In this document: piece after piece, positions 31,504 to 32,866 of the stretch
Layout of the letters: each line of letters starts with the position of its first letter
How positions within the stretch are numbered: position 1 is the first letter of the stretch
Source of the DNA: a virus
Length of the DNA: 32,866 nt
Direction: 5' to 3' (one strand)
IMG/VR virus record: IMGVR_UViG_3300025706_000016
Notes under the pieces: model-generated
Seen by the model: only the letters and a program-made list of their open reading frames with translations
Database searches by the model: none
What the model was told of the DNA's origin: nothing
Program-made: the position numbers and the translations under genes

Positions 31504-31929
31504 GTGAAAACAAGAGCACCTTGGGCATATGCCACATATCAAAAAAGAGCAAATGAAACTTGGATGGTTATATTATTTTACTCTCTTATTGATAACTATA
31601 TTTATGAGGCATATCATAGTAAGCATATAAAAAGAGAAATAGTATATAACTTGGAGACATCAGTAAAGTTAGGCAACTGTCCAGGTCATAATAAGAGAGA
31701 GTATTTAGGTATAACTCCTAAAACAAGATGGGGTTTTGGTGATGAGAAGATGACACAATATATTAAAGAAGGTAAAATATATAAACAAGGTAATAAGTTA
31801 AAGTTCAAAAACACAAGATATGGTTTTATAGAAACTGACTTATGGGAGTATGCCTCATCTAAACAAGGATACCCAACAGCAAAACCATATAAATTATTAA
31901 AGAGAGTAATTCAACTTTCTACAGTATAA
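31504..31929 (+). CDS. Stand-alone middle (TRD / PTxKP) module of a beta-class methyltransferase, variant 2
   Basis: GTG 31504 lies 2 nt after the upstream stop and has no SD. The C-terminus is YPTAKPYKLLKRVIQLST, while the rest of the body differs from variant 1. Confidence 0.55.
   Translation: MKTRAPWAYATYQKRANETWMVILFYSLIDNYIYEAYHSKHIKREIVYNLETSVKLGNCPGHNKREYLGITPKTRWGFGDEKMTQYIKEGKIYKQGNKLKFKNTRYGFIETDLWEYASSKQGYPTAKPYKLLKRVIQLSTV
31869..31904 (+). repeat. 36-nt direct repeat, copy 2
   Basis: atacccaacagcaaaaccatataaattattaaagag. Confidence 0.85.
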
Positions 31930-31939
31930 AGGAGTGGAT

Positions 31940-32536
31940 ATGGGAAAGAGAGGTTGTGCCATACCTCTCTTTTTTTATGCATATTTATTACCAAATATGA
32001 AATATAAAACCGTTTATGCAGATCCACCTTGGACATACAACAAATCTACAAAAAAAGCAGATGTTAGTTTAGTTTATGATACTATGTCTCTAAAAGATAT
32101 TTTAGATATGAAAGATTGGATAAATGAAATAACAGAGCAAGATTGTGTATTATTTTTATGGACTACATCACCAAAACTACCAGAAGGTTTAGAAACATTA
32201 AAAGCTTGGGGTTTTCAATATAAAACTTCTATTATTTGGAATAAGATAAAACCATATCTTGGTTATTATGTAAATCCGATTCACGAAATATGTTTGATTG
32301 GTGGTAAGGGTAAATCAACACCAGAAATATCAATGAAAGAAAGAAATCAAATACCAAGCATTATCACAGAAAGAAAAACATCTCATAGTAAAAAACCAGA
32401 TAAGATGTATGAAATAATAGAAACGCTTTATCCAACATATCCAAGAGTAGAACTTTTTGCAAGAAACACAAGACCAGGTTGGGATAGTTGGAACCCAACT
32501 GAAGGACTATATTTAAAGGAGGACACAAATGTTTAA
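31940..32536 (+). CDS. MT-A70-family N6-adenine DNA methyltransferase
   Basis: AAGGAG lies 5 nt before ATG 31940. The alternative in-frame ATG 31997 has no SD. YADPPW catalytic motif, HSKKPD, and ELFARNTRPGWDSWN. Confidence 0.8.
   Translation: MGKRGCAIPLFFYAYLLPNMKYKTVYADPPWTYNKSTKKADVSLVYDTMSLKDILDMKDWINEITEQDCVLFLWTTSPKLPEGLETLKAWGFQYKTSIIWNKIKPYLGYYVNPIHEICLIGGKGKSTPEISMKERNQIPSIITERKTSHSKKPDKMYEIIETLYPTYPRVELFARNTRPGWDSWNPTEGLYLKEDTNV
31945..31977 (+). terminator. Terminator-like hairpin plus T-run lying inside the first codons of the MT-A70 ORF
   Basis: agagaggt-tgtgccat-acctctct followed by tttttt. Confidence 0.45.
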
Positions 32537-32633
32537 ACTAAGAACATTCAATCATTCTGACTATACAGAATACTATCTACAACTTCGCATATTAAAACAT
32601 TGGATTACTCTACTCCATATCATAAAGGATTAA
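32529..32633 (+). CDS. Unlisted 34-aa ORF with a strong RBS, coupled to the sigma-like gene
   Basis: AAGGAGG lies 6 nt before ATG 32529. Its stop TAA 32631-32633 abuts ATG 32634. Confidence 0.4.
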   Translation: MFKLRTFNHSDYTEYYLQLRILKHWITLLHIIKD

Positions 32634-32866
32634 ATGTACTTTGATGAAAGAGAAATGTTCGAACTATGGTCTAGATACTCCTCTCTCAATAAACAAGAAA
32701 TAGAATACTTTTGGAGAAAAACTACAGAAGTAATAAACGGCGTCATCTACACCCATAGGTTCCAAAAATACGGTTGCCCATTCGAAGATATACAAGGCGT
32801 CGCTATCGAAGCAGTCTTATCAGCCCTTACTAGATTCAATCCTGAGTTCATAAATAAAGAAGGAAA
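32634..32866 (+). CDS. Sigma-factor-like protein, N-terminal part (continues at base 1 through the circular junction)
   Basis: The ORF is open to the window end. Its last 45 nt equal bases 1-45, and the frame continues to the stop at 428-430. Confidence 0.5.
   Translation, partial: MYFDEREMFELWSRYSSLNKQEIEYFWRKTTEVINGVIYTHRFQKYGCPFEDIQGVAIEAVLSALTRFNPEFINKEG
32822..32866. repeat. Terminal direct repeat, copy 2
   Basis: Identical to bases 1-45. Confidence 0.95.

Noticed and set aside
1-32866. Lysogeny or mobile-element functions (integrase, repressor/Cro switch, transposase, att sites)
   Set aside because: No ORF shows tyrosine or serine recombinase, DDE or CI-like motifs that I can recognise. 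The terminal 45-bp repeat is explained by circular closure. Absence by eye is not proof, and a profile search should confirm it.

Overview
The window is a complete, circularly closed dsDNA phage genome. Bases 1-45 are identical to 32822-32866, so the unique length is 32,821 bp. One ORF, a sigma-factor-like protein, runs across this junction in frame.

All credible genes are on the + strand. They have Firmicutes-style AGGAGG ribosome-binding sites and an AT-rich, AGA-Arg codon style.

Gene order:
- Packaging: sigma-like protein, small HNH endonuclease, TerS, TerL (PBSX/Terminase_3-like).
- Head: SPP1-type portal, MuF/gp7-like head morphogenesis protein, scaffold, major capsid.
- Four unusual structural ORFs, including a 573-aa protein with three internal repeats and a 580-aa protein with seven propeller blades plus eight 20-aa IDYDYD repeats.
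- Head-tail connectors, major tail protein, G/GT chaperone with an A_AAA_AAA -1 slippery site, and tape measure. There is no sheath gene, so the tail is siphovirus-type.
- A protein in the Dit (distal tail protein) position, three tandem paralogous BNR/Asp-box propeller proteins, and a 603-aa tail-tip protein.
- A terminator-bounded accessory island (about 23080-25990) with foreign codon usage.
- A replication module: DnaB-like helicase, wHTH protein and Cys-rich paralogs.
- A methyltransferase cluster.

Most unusual items:
1. A compositionally foreign 196-aa gene (24780-25370) is bracketed by two related G-rich, GGA-dense tracts.
2. A beta-class DNA methyltransferase appears to be split. ORF A carries motif IV and motif I. 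The conserved middle part (target-recognition region plus the PTxKP motif) sits in two tandem alternative ORFs downstream.
3. A gamma-class methyltransferase N-terminal half stops just before the catalytic motif.
4. An intergenic region after the replication genes has three GATC sites at exact 11-bp phasing inside nested palindromes that overlap a promoter.

I found no tRNA, rRNA, CRISPR array, integrase, transposase or recognisable endolysin. All functional calls rest on motif recognition, gene order and size. No database search was possible.
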